A stretch of 64,000 bases of DNA. It comes from Obrimoposthia wandeli. Lineage: Eukaryota. The position numbers and the translations under genes were made by a program. This document shows, in pieces, positions 10,607 through 24,082 of the stretch. The stretch lies in assembly GCA_977020255.1 (NCBI GenBank), contig CDROCS010000506.1, forward strand, positions 2,604,001 to 2,668,000, read 5' to 3'. The notes under the pieces were generated by a model. It saw only the letters and a list, made by a program, of their open reading frames with translations. It ran no database searches and was not told where the DNA came from. Every line of letters starts with the position of its first letter. The stretch's first letter is position 1.

Positions 10607-13564
10607 ATGGCAACCAATGAGATTGATATCCGTAATATATTAGCGGAATCAATGGCAGATAATCCGTTGTTTTATAGTATTTATATTGGTTCTGCTGATA
10701 ATGATTTTTATCAAGTGATTAATTTAAATTCTTCCCCTTTAGTGCGAAAGAAATTATTCACAGAAAAAAGTGACCGTTGGGTGGTCATCAAAATTACTGG
10801 AAGTAAAGAACAGCGTATCCGTGAGACTTATTATTATGATGACGCATTTTTATTGCGTGAGTTAAAGGCAAGTAAAAGTAATTACTTTCCGACTGAAAGA
10901 CCTTGGTATATAACCTCAAACCCTGATGTGGTATCGAAAACTAAGCCCTATTTATTTCAACATTTAAAGATCACTGGGCAAACCTATTCTTTGGCATTTA
11001 CATCGAAAAAAGCTAATAAAGAAACCCATGTCCTTGGTATTGATATTGTCCTTTCATCTCTTGCAGAAAAGCTTGCTGTTAGTGCGCTTAACCTTAGTGA
11101 CAATAGTAATGTTGAATCATTTATTTACCTTAAATCTGGTGATGTTATCGCCTCGAATCGTAAATATGATGAGATCAAAATACCAGCCGCTAAACCACTT
11201 GATTTAAGTCCTGCACAAGAACGTATATTGAGCTCGACCATGTCGATTAAGATGTCGAATCAAAATGATTGGGCTCCGATTGATTTTACCGCATCTGGAC
11301 AGCCTAAGGGTTATGCCATTGATGTCATTAAGCTGATTGCAGATATGACTGGTATTGATTTTGAGTTTATTAATGGTTTTTCGTGGTCGGAGCTTGTTAA
11401 TAAATATAATGATGGTTCACTGGATGGGTTACATTCATTACAACAGTCGAATGCAAGTAACATCGTTGGTATGTATTCTGAGCCTCTTTATGACTTACCC
11501 TTTTCATTTGTCACCAAAAAAAATAGACCTGATATACGTAGCTATGCAGAGCTGAAAGGTCAAAAAGTCGCGATATTATCAGGTTGGTCTATTGTTCCAT
11601 TACTAAGGCGTGACTTTCCTGCTGTTGAATTGATTGAATACCCAACGCTAAAAGCTGGCTTTGAATCAGTTGCTTTAGGCGAGACATATGCGTTACTTGA
11701 TAGTCGTGCGGTACTCAATGCGGGGTTAACACAGTATTTCTATAAAAATCTGCAATTACATCAAGAGATAAAAACATTAAACGCAGGTTACTCTTCAACA
11801 TTTCATATCGTGTTGAATCCTAAATACGATGCATTAATCCCTATAATTAATTTAGCAATCCGTAATATTAGCCAAGAACAACGGCAGGCGTTGAAAAGTA
11901 AATGGATGGATAATCTTGGCTCAATGACAGGGGATATTATGATCCCTTATCCAGAATTATTAACATTGGCCAAGCAAAAAAATCTATATGGCAAGATTAT
12001 AGAAAGGCAGATTGATGGCCAAGAAAGGTTTGTCTATATAAGCCCTATTGATGTCGATGCCAACGAATTTTTCACCGTCATTATCCCCAAAGAAGTTATC
12101 TATAGTGGTGTCACCAAGCGGGTCGCTGTATCGATTGGTATCACGATTAGTATTATGTTGTTGATATTGCCACTGGCATGGATATTTGGTGGGCCGATTG
12201 TTCGCCCTATCTATCTGTTACGTTTACAAGCTCAGAAAATAAAAAATCGCGAATATGATTCAGTCGAAATTGTCGATACTCGTATTAAAGAAATTTGGGA
12301 ACTATCGAAGTCGTTCACTGAGATGTCATTGGTATTGAAAAATCATGAGCTAGCACAAGAAGAATTTTTAGAGGCGTTTATTAAACTGATTGCGCAAGCT
12401 ATTGATGATAAGTCTGCTTATACTGCTGCGCATTGTAATCGCGTCCCTGAGCTGGGCATGATGCTAGCGGAAGCGGCTGAACAATGTGACTCAGTATTAT
12501 TTAAGGACTTCAAATTTGCTAATGCCGATGAAAAGCGTGAGTTTAGAATTGCTGCTTGGTTACATGATTGCGGCAAAATAACGACACCAGAACATATTGT
12601 CGATAAAGGCAGTAAATTAGAGACTAATTATAACCGTATTCATGAAGTGAGAATGCGTTTTGAAATACTGTGGCGTGATGCTGAAATTGCCGCGTTAACA
12701 CAGCAACTAGCAACACCAGCAGATAAAATTATGATTGATGCAGAGTTGGTATCAAAACAGCAGCAATTAACCGATGACTTTGAATTCATTGCTACTTCAA
12801 ATGTCGGTGGTGAATTCATGAGTAAGGATAAGATTGAGCGGGTGAAAGCATTATCATCGCAAACGTGGTTACGTCATTTTGACGATAATATTGGCCTATC
12901 ACCAGTCGAAGAGTTAGCTAAAGTATCGGTATCATCAGTATTACCTGCTGTTGAGGCGTTACTGTCTGACAAGCCTGAGCATATTATCAAACGTGAGCGC
13001 AACGTTGAGTTTGATCCGAAACACGGCATCAAAATGGATGTACCTGAGCATCAATACAACTTGGGTGAAGTATATAACCTGACGATTAGCCGCGGTACAT
13101 TAACACCAGAAGACAGGTTCAAGATTAACGAGCATATGATCAGTACGATTAAGATGTTAGAAAATCTGCCGTTTCCTCCAGAACTAAGTCGCGTTCCACG
13201 TTATGCCTCAACGCATCATGAAACGCTGAAAGGCACTGGCTATCCCCGTAAGCTAACTGCAGAGGATCTTTCTATTCCAGAGCGTATCTTGGTGATTGCG
13301 GATATTTTTGAAGCGTTAACGGCTTCAGACCGTCCTTATAAGAAAGCTAAACCTGTTAGTGTTGCTGTGGACATCATGTACAAAATGGCCTTAGACCAGC
13401 ATTTGGATATCGAGCTATTTAAATTGTTCTTACAAAGTGGTATTCATATTAAGTATGCACAAGAATATCTCAAGCCTGAACAACTTGATAAAGTTGATCT
13501 AAGTAAGTACCTGCAACGAGAGCAACGCGATGAGACGGATTTAAGTAAAAAATTGACCGCTTAA
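10607..13564 (+). CDS. HD-GYP cyclic-dinucleotide phosphodiesterase with Cache-like and periplasmic-binding-protein sensor domains, TM and HAMP (N-terminally split)
   Basis: PBP segment WAPIDFTASGQPKGYAID; TM VAVSIGITISIMLLILPLAWIFG; WLHDCGK; HHETLKGTGYP; IADIFEALT. Confidence 0.88.
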   Translation: MATNEIDIRNILAESMADNPLFYSIYIGSADNDFYQVINLNSSPLVRKKLFTEKSDRWVVIKITGSKEQRIRETYYYDDAFLLRELKASKSNYFPTERPWYITSNPDVVSKTKPYLFQHLKITGQTYSLAFTSKKANKETHVLGIDIVLSSLAEKLAVSALNLSDNSNVESFIYLKSGDVIASNRKYDEIKIPAAKPLDLSPAQERILSSTMSIKMSNQNDWAPIDFTASGQPKGYAIDVIKLIADMTGIDFEFINGFSWSELVNKYNDGSLDGLHSLQQSNASNIVGMYSEPLYDLPFSFVTKKNRPDIRSYAELKGQKVAILSGWSIVPLLRRDFPAVELIEYPTLKAGFESVALGETYALLDSRAVLNAGLTQYFYKNLQLHQEIKTLNAGYSSTFHIVLNPKYDALIPIINLAIRNISQEQRQALKSKWMDNLGSMTGDIMIPYPELLTLAKQKNLYGKIIERQIDGQERFVYISPIDVDANEFFTVIIPKEVIYSGVTKRVAVSIGITISIMLLILPLAWIFGGPIVRPIYLLRLQAQKIKNREYDSVEIVDTRIKEIWELSKSFTEMSLVLKNHELAQEEFLEAFIKLIAQAIDDKSAYTAAHCNRVPELGMMLAEAAEQCDSVLFKDFKFANADEKREFRIAAWLHDCGKITTPEHIVDKGSKLETNYNRIHEVRMRFEILWRDAEIAALTQQLATPADKIMIDAELVSKQQQLTDDFEFIATSNVGGEFMSKDKIERVKALSSQTWLRHFDDNIGLSPVEELAKVSVSSVLPAVEALLSDKPEHIIKRERNVEFDPKHGIKMDVPEHQYNLGEVYNLTISRGTLTPEDRFKINEHMISTIKMLENLPFPPELSRVPRYASTHHETLKGTGYPRKLTAEDLSIPERILVIADIFEALTASDRPYKKAKPVSVAVDIMYKMALDQHLDIELFKLFLQSGIHIKYAQEYLKPEQLDKVDLSKYLQREQRDETDLSKKLTA

Positions 13565-13783
13565 TTGTCCACGCGATAAGTCCCATATAATGTTGTGCGC
13601 TTATATCCTCCCTCGAACATTTAATTGATACTAAAAACAGTCTACTGCAAATATACGGCATATCATTATATACTCTTTGATAAATCACTTCTTTTTGGTT
13701 TAAGGCAGATTTATGGCTTAGCATCACGTCATGAGTCTAGATCTTAGGTCTTAAGCTGAAAACTTGAATTAATAGGATTTATT

Positions 13784-14578
13784 GTGAAAGAAAAGTACAC
13801 GATCAAAGATTTACGTCAGATGGTTGACGCGTTACGTAACCCAGATACAGGTTGTCCGTGGCATCTACAACAGAACTTTACCTCTATCACCAAATTTACG
13901 CTCGAGGAAGCTTATGAAGTGGTTGATAGTATAGAAAATAGTAATCTTGAAGGACTCGAAGGTGAGCTTGGTGATTTACTCTACCATGTACTTTATTACG
14001 CTAAACTTGGTCAGGAACAAGCCTTATTCAGCTTCGATGATGTGATTCAACAGCTCGCCGCGAAATTGGTACAACGCCACCCGCATATTTTTGGTGAAAT
14101 AAAACTACAGTCTGAAGCGGAAGTCATCGCAGCATGGCAGATTAAAAAATCTAAAGAGCGCTTGGATGAACATAAAAGTGCCAGCCAACACAGTGCATTA
14201 GACAATATCCCACAAGCTTTACCAGCCTTGGTTAGGGCGGTAAAAATACAACAACGCGCGGCCGAAGTTAAATTTGATTTTGAACACTATAAGCAAGCAT
14301 TATCAAAGGTTTATGAGGAGGTTGATGAGGTTGTTGAAGAAGCCGATGCGGCGATCATTGATAGCGCTAAACTGGAAGAGGAATTAGGTGATTTATTGTT
14401 CTCTGTGGTGAATGTAACACGCCACTTAAAGCAAGATCCTGAGCAAGCACTCAGAAAGGCAAATGAAAAGTTTGAAAAAAGATTTAGACAGGTAGAAGTA
14501 CTTGCATTACAGAATGGTGAGTCATTAAGTGACTGTTCTATAAGTGAAATGGAATCTCTATGGCAGAAAGTGAAATAA
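13784..14578 (+). CDS. mazG: Nucleoside triphosphate pyrophosphohydrolase MazG
   Basis: LRNPDTGCPW, EEAYEVVD, ELGDLL twice (tandem domains); upstream of pyrG. Confidence 0.95.
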   Translation: MKEKYTIKDLRQMVDALRNPDTGCPWHLQQNFTSITKFTLEEAYEVVDSIENSNLEGLEGELGDLLYHVLYYAKLGQEQALFSFDDVIQQLAAKLVQRHPHIFGEIKLQSEAEVIAAWQIKKSKERLDEHKSASQHSALDNIPQALPALVRAVKIQQRAAEVKFDFEHYKQALSKVYEEVDEVVEEADAAIIDSAKLEEELGDLLFSVVNVTRHLKQDPEQALRKANEKFEKRFRQVEVLALQNGESLSDCSISEMESLWQKVK

Positions 14579-14622
14579 AATTACAACATATGATCTACCG
14601 CACAGTTATGGAAAAACGACAA

Positions 14623-16368
<1,746 letters not shown>

Positions 16369-16398
16369 TCAGAGATTTTAATATTAGTGTCGCGGTAA

Positions 16399-17739
<1,341 letters not shown>

Positions 17740-17768
17740 TTTGCTTAACTGTTAATTCTGAATAGATT

Positions 17769-17798
17769 AAAAAACCCGCTTCTTAGCGGGTTTTTTTT
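17769..17798 (+). terminator. Rho-independent terminator of eno
   Basis: aaaaaacccgct-tctt-agcgggtttttttt. Confidence 0.9.
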
Positions 17799-17864
17799 AT
17801 TTATACGCTAACCAATCTCTGCATTATATGTGACAATAACTGATTCATTTACGGGATGATTGTC

Positions 17865-18146
17865 ATGCGCCTGCTTTATTTTGTATTAATCTTAATTCTC
17901 AGCTTATTGCTCTATCATTTTATTGCCGGAAATAACGGTGTGATGGACTACAAGCGTATCGAACGTGAAGTCGATCTCCAGTACACCAATAATCAAGTTT
18001 TAATTGAACGTAATACCGCGCTAAAAAACGAGATCTTAGATCTGCGTAATGGCAACGATGCGATTGAAGAACGTACCCGTAATGAACTGGGTATGATTAA
18101 AGAAGGGGAAACCTTCTACCGTATTATTAATGATGATAATAACTAG
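17865..18146 (+). CDS. ftsB: Cell division protein FtsB
   Basis: TM, then GNNG, coiled coil and ERTRNELGMIKEGETFY; position between eno and ispD. Confidence 0.92.
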   Translation: MRLLYFVLILILSLLLYHFIAGNNGVMDYKRIEREVDLQYTNNQVLIERNTALKNEILDLRNGNDAIEERTRNELGMIKEGETFYRIINDDNN

Positions 18147-18155
18147 GCGACAGAG

Positions 18156-18857
18156 ATGACTGAACAATTTATTGCGGTTGTCCCAGCCGCGGGTGTCGGC
18201 GCACGTATGGGCGCAAATATTCCCAAGCAATACTTGATGCTAGAAAATAAAACCGTTATTGAACATACGTTAACTGCGTTATTAAGCCACCCTCGTATTA
18301 GCCAAGTTGTTGTTGCGTTGGGACATGAAGATGGTTGGTTTGCTGATCTCGCGATTGCGAACGACCCTGCCATTATTCGTGTTGACGGCGGTAAAGAACG
18401 CGCTGATTCAGTATTAGCGGGATTACAGGCCTGCCAGTCATATAACTGGGTATTAGTCCATGATGCTGCACGACCTTGTCTTACTCACCTTGATATCGAT
18501 AATTTAATTACTGGCGCACTCGACTCTGATCATGGTGCTATTCTTGGTAGCCAAGTACGCGATACGATGAAACGTACTGATGCTCAAGGTAATATTGTCG
18601 CCACTGTGGATCGTGAGTTATTGTGGCATGCGTTAACGCCACAAATGTTTCCGGTTAAATTGCTGACCGATGCACTCACCACTGGTCTTGCTGATAATGC
18701 TAATATTACCGATGAAGCATCCGCAATTGAGTTATTAGGTCTAACCCCTAAGATGGTGGTTGGCCGCGCTGATAATATTAAAATTACCCGTCCTGAAGAC
18801 ATGCCGTTAGCAACCTTGTTTCTACAACAGTTAACAAAGAATACTAATGAAGCGTGA
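18156..18857 (+). CDS. ispD: 2-C-methyl-D-erythritol 4-phosphate cytidylyltransferase
   Basis: VPAAGVGARM, PKQYL, LVHDAARP, TPQMF, NIKITRPED. Confidence 0.97.
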   Translation: MTEQFIAVVPAAGVGARMGANIPKQYLMLENKTVIEHTLTALLSHPRISQVVVALGHEDGWFADLAIANDPAIIRVDGGKERADSVLAGLQACQSYNWVLVHDAARPCLTHLDIDNLITGALDSDHGAILGSQVRDTMKRTDAQGNIVATVDRELLWHALTPQMFPVKLLTDALTTGLADNANITDEASAIELLGLTPKMVVGRADNIKITRPEDMPLATLFLQQLTKNTNEA

Positions 18858-18898
18858 TAACGCTGCATAATAATGAATAATCATAGGGAAGAGAGATA

Positions 18899-19378
18899 AT
18901 GTTTAGAATTGGCCATGGTTTTGACGTACATAAATTTGGTAATGCAGGCCCGGTAATGATTAACGGTGTCGCTATTCCTTATGAACAAGGTTTCTTAGCG
19001 CATTCCGATGGTGATGTTGCATTGCATGCCATCTGTGATGCCTTACTTGGCGCACTTGCGCTTGGCGATATTGGTCATCACTTCCCTGATACATCCGCGG
19101 AATTTGAAAACATTGATAGCCGCATTTTATTACGCGACGTGTTTAGTAAAGTGAAGGAGCTGGGTTATCGCATCGGTAATCTAGATGTCACCATTATTGC
19201 TCAAGCACCGAAGATTGCACCCCACATTCAAGCGATGCGAGCGGTATTAAGTGCGGATCTGGAAACTGACATCGGTACGGTAAATGTAAAAGCGACAACG
19301 ACAGAAAAACTGGGCTTTACAGGACGTAAAGAAGGCGTGGCATGTGAAGCGGTCGTGTTGTTAATGAAAAACACATAA
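18899..19378 (+). CDS. ispF: MECDP synthase
   Basis: [40 protein letters not shown]. Confidence 0.98.
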   Translation: MFRIGHGFDVHKFGNAGPVMINGVAIPYEQGFLAHSDGDVALHAICDALLGALALGDIGHHFPDTSAEFENIDSRILLRDVFSKVKELGYRIGNLDVTIIAQAPKIAPHIQAMRAVLSADLETDIGTVNVKATTTEKLGFTGRKEGVACEAVVLLMKNT

Positions 19379-19473
19379 GCAGTAAATAAAAAATACATCA
19401 GCTATTAACGATAATAAAAAACATAATAAGTGAAAAGCAATTAATGCAAACTAATCCTAATACGGAGATCTCT

Positions 19474-20529
19474 ATGCTTCCTGAATTTGAATACTTATAC
19501 GGCAAACCTACTATCACAGGTTTTATTAAGCAGGAAGCTGCCGATTTTGTGGTTATTGAAGACCTTGGTTTTGAATTAACGGGTGAAGGTGAACACATTT
19601 TTATCTCTATTCGCAAAGAAGGTGAAAACACCCAATATGTTGCGCGTGCATTAGCTAAAGCCGCAGGCGTGGCGGATAAACATGTGAGCTATGCTGGCCT
19701 GAAAGATCGCCATGCTATTACCGAACAATGGTTTGGCATTCATATGCCGGGTAAAGAAACACCAGACTTCTCAACGGTTGAAACGGATCAAATTAAAGTA
19801 TTAAAAATTGTTCGCCATAATAAGAAGTTACGAACAGGTGCATTAAAAGGCAATCAATTTACGTTGAAGTTAACCGACCTCAGTAGTACTGACGGATTAG
19901 TCGAACGCTTAGAGCAAATTAAAACCACAGGCGTGCCAAATTATTTCGGTGAACAGCGCTTTGGCCACAATGGTAATAACATTGTACTGGCACAAGAGAT
20001 GTTTGCCGGCAAAAAAATTCGAGATCGTAACAAGCGTAGTTTTTATATTTCTGCAGCACGTAGTTTGATCTTCAACAAAGTGGTGAGTGAACGTATTAGC
20101 CAAGTAAAATGGCAAACGCCAATGCCGGGTGATTGTTTAATTTTACAAGGCTCAAATTCATTCTTTACTGAAGAAACCTTAACTGATGATATTATTGAGC
20201 GTGTAGCGCAAGGCGCTTTGCAGTTATCTGCGCCGTTAGTCGGTAAGGGCAAGAGTAGCGCGATGAGCGACGCATTAGCATTTGAAGACACCATCATCAG
20301 CCAATATCCAGCATTGCTTGAAGGTCTTGTTGAAGCGGGTCTACGCCAAGAACGTAAAGCGTTAATATTACGTCCACAAAACTTTAGCTATGTGTTAGCT
20401 GGAAATAGCTTAACCGTGAGTTTCTACTTACCATCAGGTTGTTTTGCGACAAGTGTGGTGCGTGAATTGATTGAAGAGAAATTCGTTGTTCGTCATTTTG
20501 ACCAAGAAGTTAAATCAGGAGACGTATGA
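19474..20529 (+). CDS. truD: tRNA pseudouridine(13) synthase
   Basis: [45 protein letters not shown]; GGAG RBS favours ATG 19474. Confidence 0.96.
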   Translation: MLPEFEYLYGKPTITGFIKQEAADFVVIEDLGFELTGEGEHIFISIRKEGENTQYVARALAKAAGVADKHVSYAGLKDRHAITEQWFGIHMPGKETPDFSTVETDQIKVLKIVRHNKKLRTGALKGNQFTLKLTDLSSTDGLVERLEQIKTTGVPNYFGEQRFGHNGNNIVLAQEMFAGKKIRDRNKRSFYISAARSLIFNKVVSERISQVKWQTPMPGDCLILQGSNSFFTEETLTDDIIERVAQGALQLSAPLVGKGKSSAMSDALAFEDTIISQYPALLEGLVEAGLRQERKALILRPQNFSYVLAGNSLTVSFYLPSGCFATSVVRELIEEKFVVRHFDQEVKSGDV

Positions 20530-21167
20530 TCCAACTGGGTAATACAGGCGTAGCAGGGCAGCGTATAAAATCGTTGCTTGAACAACAAGGGATCCGAGCC
20601 CCAAGTGTATTAACTGCAATACAAGATACCCCACGTGACTATTTTGTCGAAGAAGCCTTTGCATTGCAGGCATGGGGTAATCAAGCCTTGCCTATCGGCG
20701 CTGGACAAACGATTTCTCAGCCTTATATCGTTGCTAGAATGACGGAACTGTTAATGCAAAGCAATCCACAGCGGGTGCTCGAAATTGGCACCGGCTCGGG
20801 TTACCAAACCGCTATTCTCGCGCAAGTATTTCCACGGGTTTATTCGGTCGAGCGGATCCAAGCATTACAATGGCAAGCGAAACGCCGTTTAAAAAATTTG
20901 GACCTGCACAACGTGATGATGAAATACGGTGATGGCTGGCAAGGTTGGCAAAGTAAAGCGCCGTTTGATGCGATTATCGTTACCGCTGCGCCTGCTGCTG
21001 TACCGCAAGCATTATTAACGCAGTTAGCCGATGGTGGGCAACTTATTTTACCCTTGGGTGTCGAATCTCAAGTATTACAAGTTATCACCCGTAATGGCGA
21101 TAGCTATACCAGTCAAAATGTTGAAAATGTACGCTTTGTGCCTTTAGTTCAAGGTGAATTAGCGTGA
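20526..21167 (+). CDS. pcm: Protein-L-isoaspartate O-methyltransferase
   Basis: [34 protein letters not shown]. Confidence 0.97.
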   Translation: MIQLGNTGVAGQRIKSLLEQQGIRAPSVLTAIQDTPRDYFVEEAFALQAWGNQALPIGAGQTISQPYIVARMTELLMQSNPQRVLEIGTGSGYQTAILAQVFPRVYSVERIQALQWQAKRRLKNLDLHNVMMKYGDGWQGWQSKAPFDAIIVTAAPAAVPQALLTQLADGGQLILPLGVESQVLQVITRNGDSYTSQNVENVRFVPLVQGELA

Positions 21168-21180
21168 GTGTATTGTCGGT

Positions 21181-22173
21181 ATGAAGTGCGAAGGAGATCG
21201 AATCAGGGAATCAGCTGCAGTGATGGTCAATCACAGTCTATTAAGTAATGTACGCCGGTGTCACCGATGGTATCGTATCGCGTTTTATTTATTGATTGCG
21301 CAGTTAGTCGGTTGTTCTACAGCTAATCATAGCCCCGCGCCTGTCACCAGCGTTCAGGGTTATAAGACTGAGCTGAGAGCGCATATTAATACGCCGACTT
21401 ACCGTGTTAGCAAAGGGGAAACCCTGTACGCGATTGCATGGCGAAGTAATCAAGATTTTAAATTTTTAGCTGCCTTAAATCAGATCCCTGATCCTTATCA
21501 AATTTACCCTGGCCAAGTATTAAAACTGAAAGGCAAAATCCCTGCGCCAGTTTATAAAAAACCGACACCAGTGAAGATAGCAAAGACAACAAATAGCAAT
21601 ATCAGTACTAATAAAAGTACCGCTAAAAGCAGTATTAAAGCACCGTCAAAGCCACTCGTCAAACCGGCTAAAACCAAAACGGTTATCGCGAAAGCAAGTC
21701 CTCCGGCTAAATATAAAGCGCCAGTGCCAAGTAAAGCACCCGTTAAAGCTAAACCGCCAGTGAAAGTCGTGAAGCCCAAAGCCGTAGTCAGTAATAATAA
21801 GCTTAAATGGAGCTGGCCAGCGTCAGGTAAGTTAATTAGTACTTATTCGACGAGTAAGTCTGGTAACCAAGGGGTAAACATTGCGGGTTCATTGGGACGA
21901 AATATCATTGCGTCTGAAAATGGTCGCGTGGTTTATTCCGGTAGTGGTTTACGTGGTTACGGTAACCTTATTATTATTAAACATAACGATGATTACTTAA
22001 GCGCCTATGCCTACAACCAAAAGTTATTAGTGAAAGAGCAGCAATGGGTTAAGGCTGGTCAGAAGATCGCAACCATGGGTAACACCGGCCCTAGTTCAGG
22101 TGCCGAATTGTATTTTGAGATCCGTTATCGTGGTAAACCGGTTAACCCAATGCGCTACTTGCCTAAGCGTTAA
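21181..22173 (+). CDS. nlpD: Lipoprotein NlpD (LysM plus degenerate M23)
   Basis: Lipobox LVGC, LysM YRVSKGETLYAIAW, K/P-rich linker, LRGYGNLIIIKH, LYFEIRYRGKPVNP; exact start uncertain. Confidence 0.93.
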   Translation: MKCEGDRIRESAAVMVNHSLLSNVRRCHRWYRIAFYLLIAQLVGCSTANHSPAPVTSVQGYKTELRAHINTPTYRVSKGETLYAIAWRSNQDFKFLAALNQIPDPYQIYPGQVLKLKGKIPAPVYKKPTPVKIAKTTNSNISTNKSTAKSSIKAPSKPLVKPAKTKTVIAKASPPAKYKAPVPSKAPVKAKPPVKVVKPKAVVSNNKLKWSWPASGKLISTYSTSKSGNQGVNIAGSLGRNIIASENGRVVYSGSGLRGYGNLIIIKHNDDYLSAYAYNQKLLVKEQQWVKAGQKIATMGNTGPSSGAELYFEIRYRGKPVNPMRYLPKR

Positions 22174-22242
22174 GCCCGACTGAAAGTGGTTTATTAGACT
22201 AATCTTAATAAGCTATTTACTGCAGTCAGGAGGCAATTCGTA

Positions 22243-23202
22243 ATGAGCAAGATAACTGATGCAAATAAGTTAAACGTTGCAGATAATGAAGTATCTGATA
22301 ACGCTAAAAAAGCACGTCCAGGGATGGAAAAATTTGAAGATGAACACCTCATTCCTAACGATGCAAAAAGCTTAGATGCAACGCAGCTTTATCTTGGGGA
22401 AATTGGATTTTCACCTCTGCTGACCGCAGAAGAAGAAGTTTTTTATGCACGCCGTTCATTGCGTGGCGATGCCAGTTCAAGAAAACGTATGATCGAAAGT
22501 AATCTGCGTTTAGTGGTTAAAATAGCAAGGCGCTATAATAACCGTGGGCTGGCTTTATTAGACTTGATTGAAGAAGGTAACCTAGGCCTGATAAGGGCTG
22601 TCGAGAAGTTTGACCCCGAGCGGGGATTTCGCTTCTCAACGTATGCGACATGGTGGATAAGACAAACCATTGAACGTGCCATCATGAATCAAACCCGCAC
22701 CATTCGTTTACCTATCCACGTGGTTAAAGAGTTGAATGTTTACCTGCGTGCCGCGCGTGAACTGGCCCACGAATTAGATCATGAACCTACCGCCGAAGAC
22801 ATTGCCGAAAAATTAGATAAGCCGGTTGCTGATGTCAGTAAAATGCTGCGTTTGAATGAACGGATCAGCTCGGTTGATACGCCTATCGGTGGTGATTCTG
22901 AAAAAGCGTTATTAGACATCATATCGGATGATAAAGGTGACGGACCGGAAAGTTGTACCCAAAATGATGATATTAAATTTAGTATTGTGCGTTGGCTAGA
23001 AGAGCTGAACCCTAAGCAACGTGAAGTACTCGCAAGGCGCTTTGGGCTGCTCGGTTATGATGCTTCAACACTTGAGGATGTAGGGCATGAAATCGGTTTA
23101 ACACGTGAGCGTGTGCGGCAGATACAAGTTGAAGCGCTACGGCGATTACGCGAAGTGCTGGCCCAGCAAGGTTTATCGGTCGAAGCGTTATTCACTATTT
23201 AG
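22243..23202 (+). CDS. rpoS: RNA polymerase sigma factor RpoS
   Basis: [57 protein letters not shown]; follows nlpD. Confidence 0.98.
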   Translation: MSKITDANKLNVADNEVSDNAKKARPGMEKFEDEHLIPNDAKSLDATQLYLGEIGFSPLLTAEEEVFYARRSLRGDASSRKRMIESNLRLVVKIARRYNNRGLALLDLIEEGNLGLIRAVEKFDPERGFRFSTYATWWIRQTIERAIMNQTRTIRLPIHVVKELNVYLRAARELAHELDHEPTAEDIAEKLDKPVADVSKMLRLNERISSVDTPIGGDSEKALLDIISDDKGDGPESCTQNDDIKFSIVRWLEELNPKQREVLARRFGLLGYDASTLEDVGHEIGLTRERVRQIQVEALRRLREVLAQQGLSVEALFTI

Positions 23203-23373
23203 GCTATGAACGTCATCGGTTAAGAGGATGTGCTGTTATTAAGAGATTACCTAGTCTTAATGATTAGCACTTCACTCAGTCTTTATTCTTATTTTATTAA
23301 AACCAGTCATACTACTCCACCATTTCTAGTATCTTAATACCTCTCTGCAAACATGGACTGTTTAAGGAAGGTT

Positions 23374-24068
23374 ATGCTATCTACTCGTTTTTTACTTCGA
23401 TTGTTATTCACTTTGTCTTGTGTGCTATTAGTCTCGTCTTGTACTACACAGCGGTTATTCATTAACAGTGATATTCCTGTTATTGCAGATGATGCTAAAT
23501 TCATTTTGTATTACCCACTGAAATACATGGCTTATCGGGTTCAAAATCAGAACGAGAAGTGGTTTTTTATGCTTCTTTTAAAACAGCTTTCAAAGATAAA
23601 ATAATAGATACTCCGAAACTCTCTTTACGCCTTAAGGACAATGATTTTGCCGATGTATCCTGGCGAATGAGCCATGCCATGCATCGGCTTGTTACTGACA
23701 AAGCATGTTTTAGTTATACGCAAGCATATCAACTCGGATTGGAAAATGGTCAGGTGAACAGTAAATTTAGAGCGCTTGATCGAGATGTGTATCAATTAAG
23801 CCAGTGGTTACAGCAAGCTTATCAACTGTCTCGTGTCCCTGAATATATCGCGATTGCACACATCGATAGCATGGGCGTATCTCAAGCAGGGAAACTGATA
23901 AAATATCGCGTGATTGCGGGGATTTATTCGACCCAAAAGCAAGCCCTTGAGCGGGTGGTTAGCTACGTAACAGAAAGCCCAAACCACCAAGCAACCATTT
24001 TTCATGATCTCGATAATTTGGGCTTTTTAATTTACCGTGAGCTTTTTACATTAAGCATAAGCAGCTAA
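23374..24068 (+). pseudogene. Hypothetical lipoprotein split by a single-base frameshift
   Basis: Signal peptide with lipobox VSSC (Cys23) in ORF 23353-23604; continuation in overlapping ORF 23559-24068; T6 run at 23563-23568. Confidence 0.6.
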
Positions 24069-24082
24069 ATGTAAGTGCTTAA

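Noticed and set aside
8961-13783. mazEF toxin-antitoxin between relA and mazG
   Set aside because: No small TA-like ORFs; the interval holds PLD and HD-GYP remnants, and the absence of mazEF outside E. coli is ordinary
21541-21790. Repetitive K/P/A/V-rich DNA inside nlpD
   Set aside because: Ordinary low-complexity linker between the LysM and M23 domains
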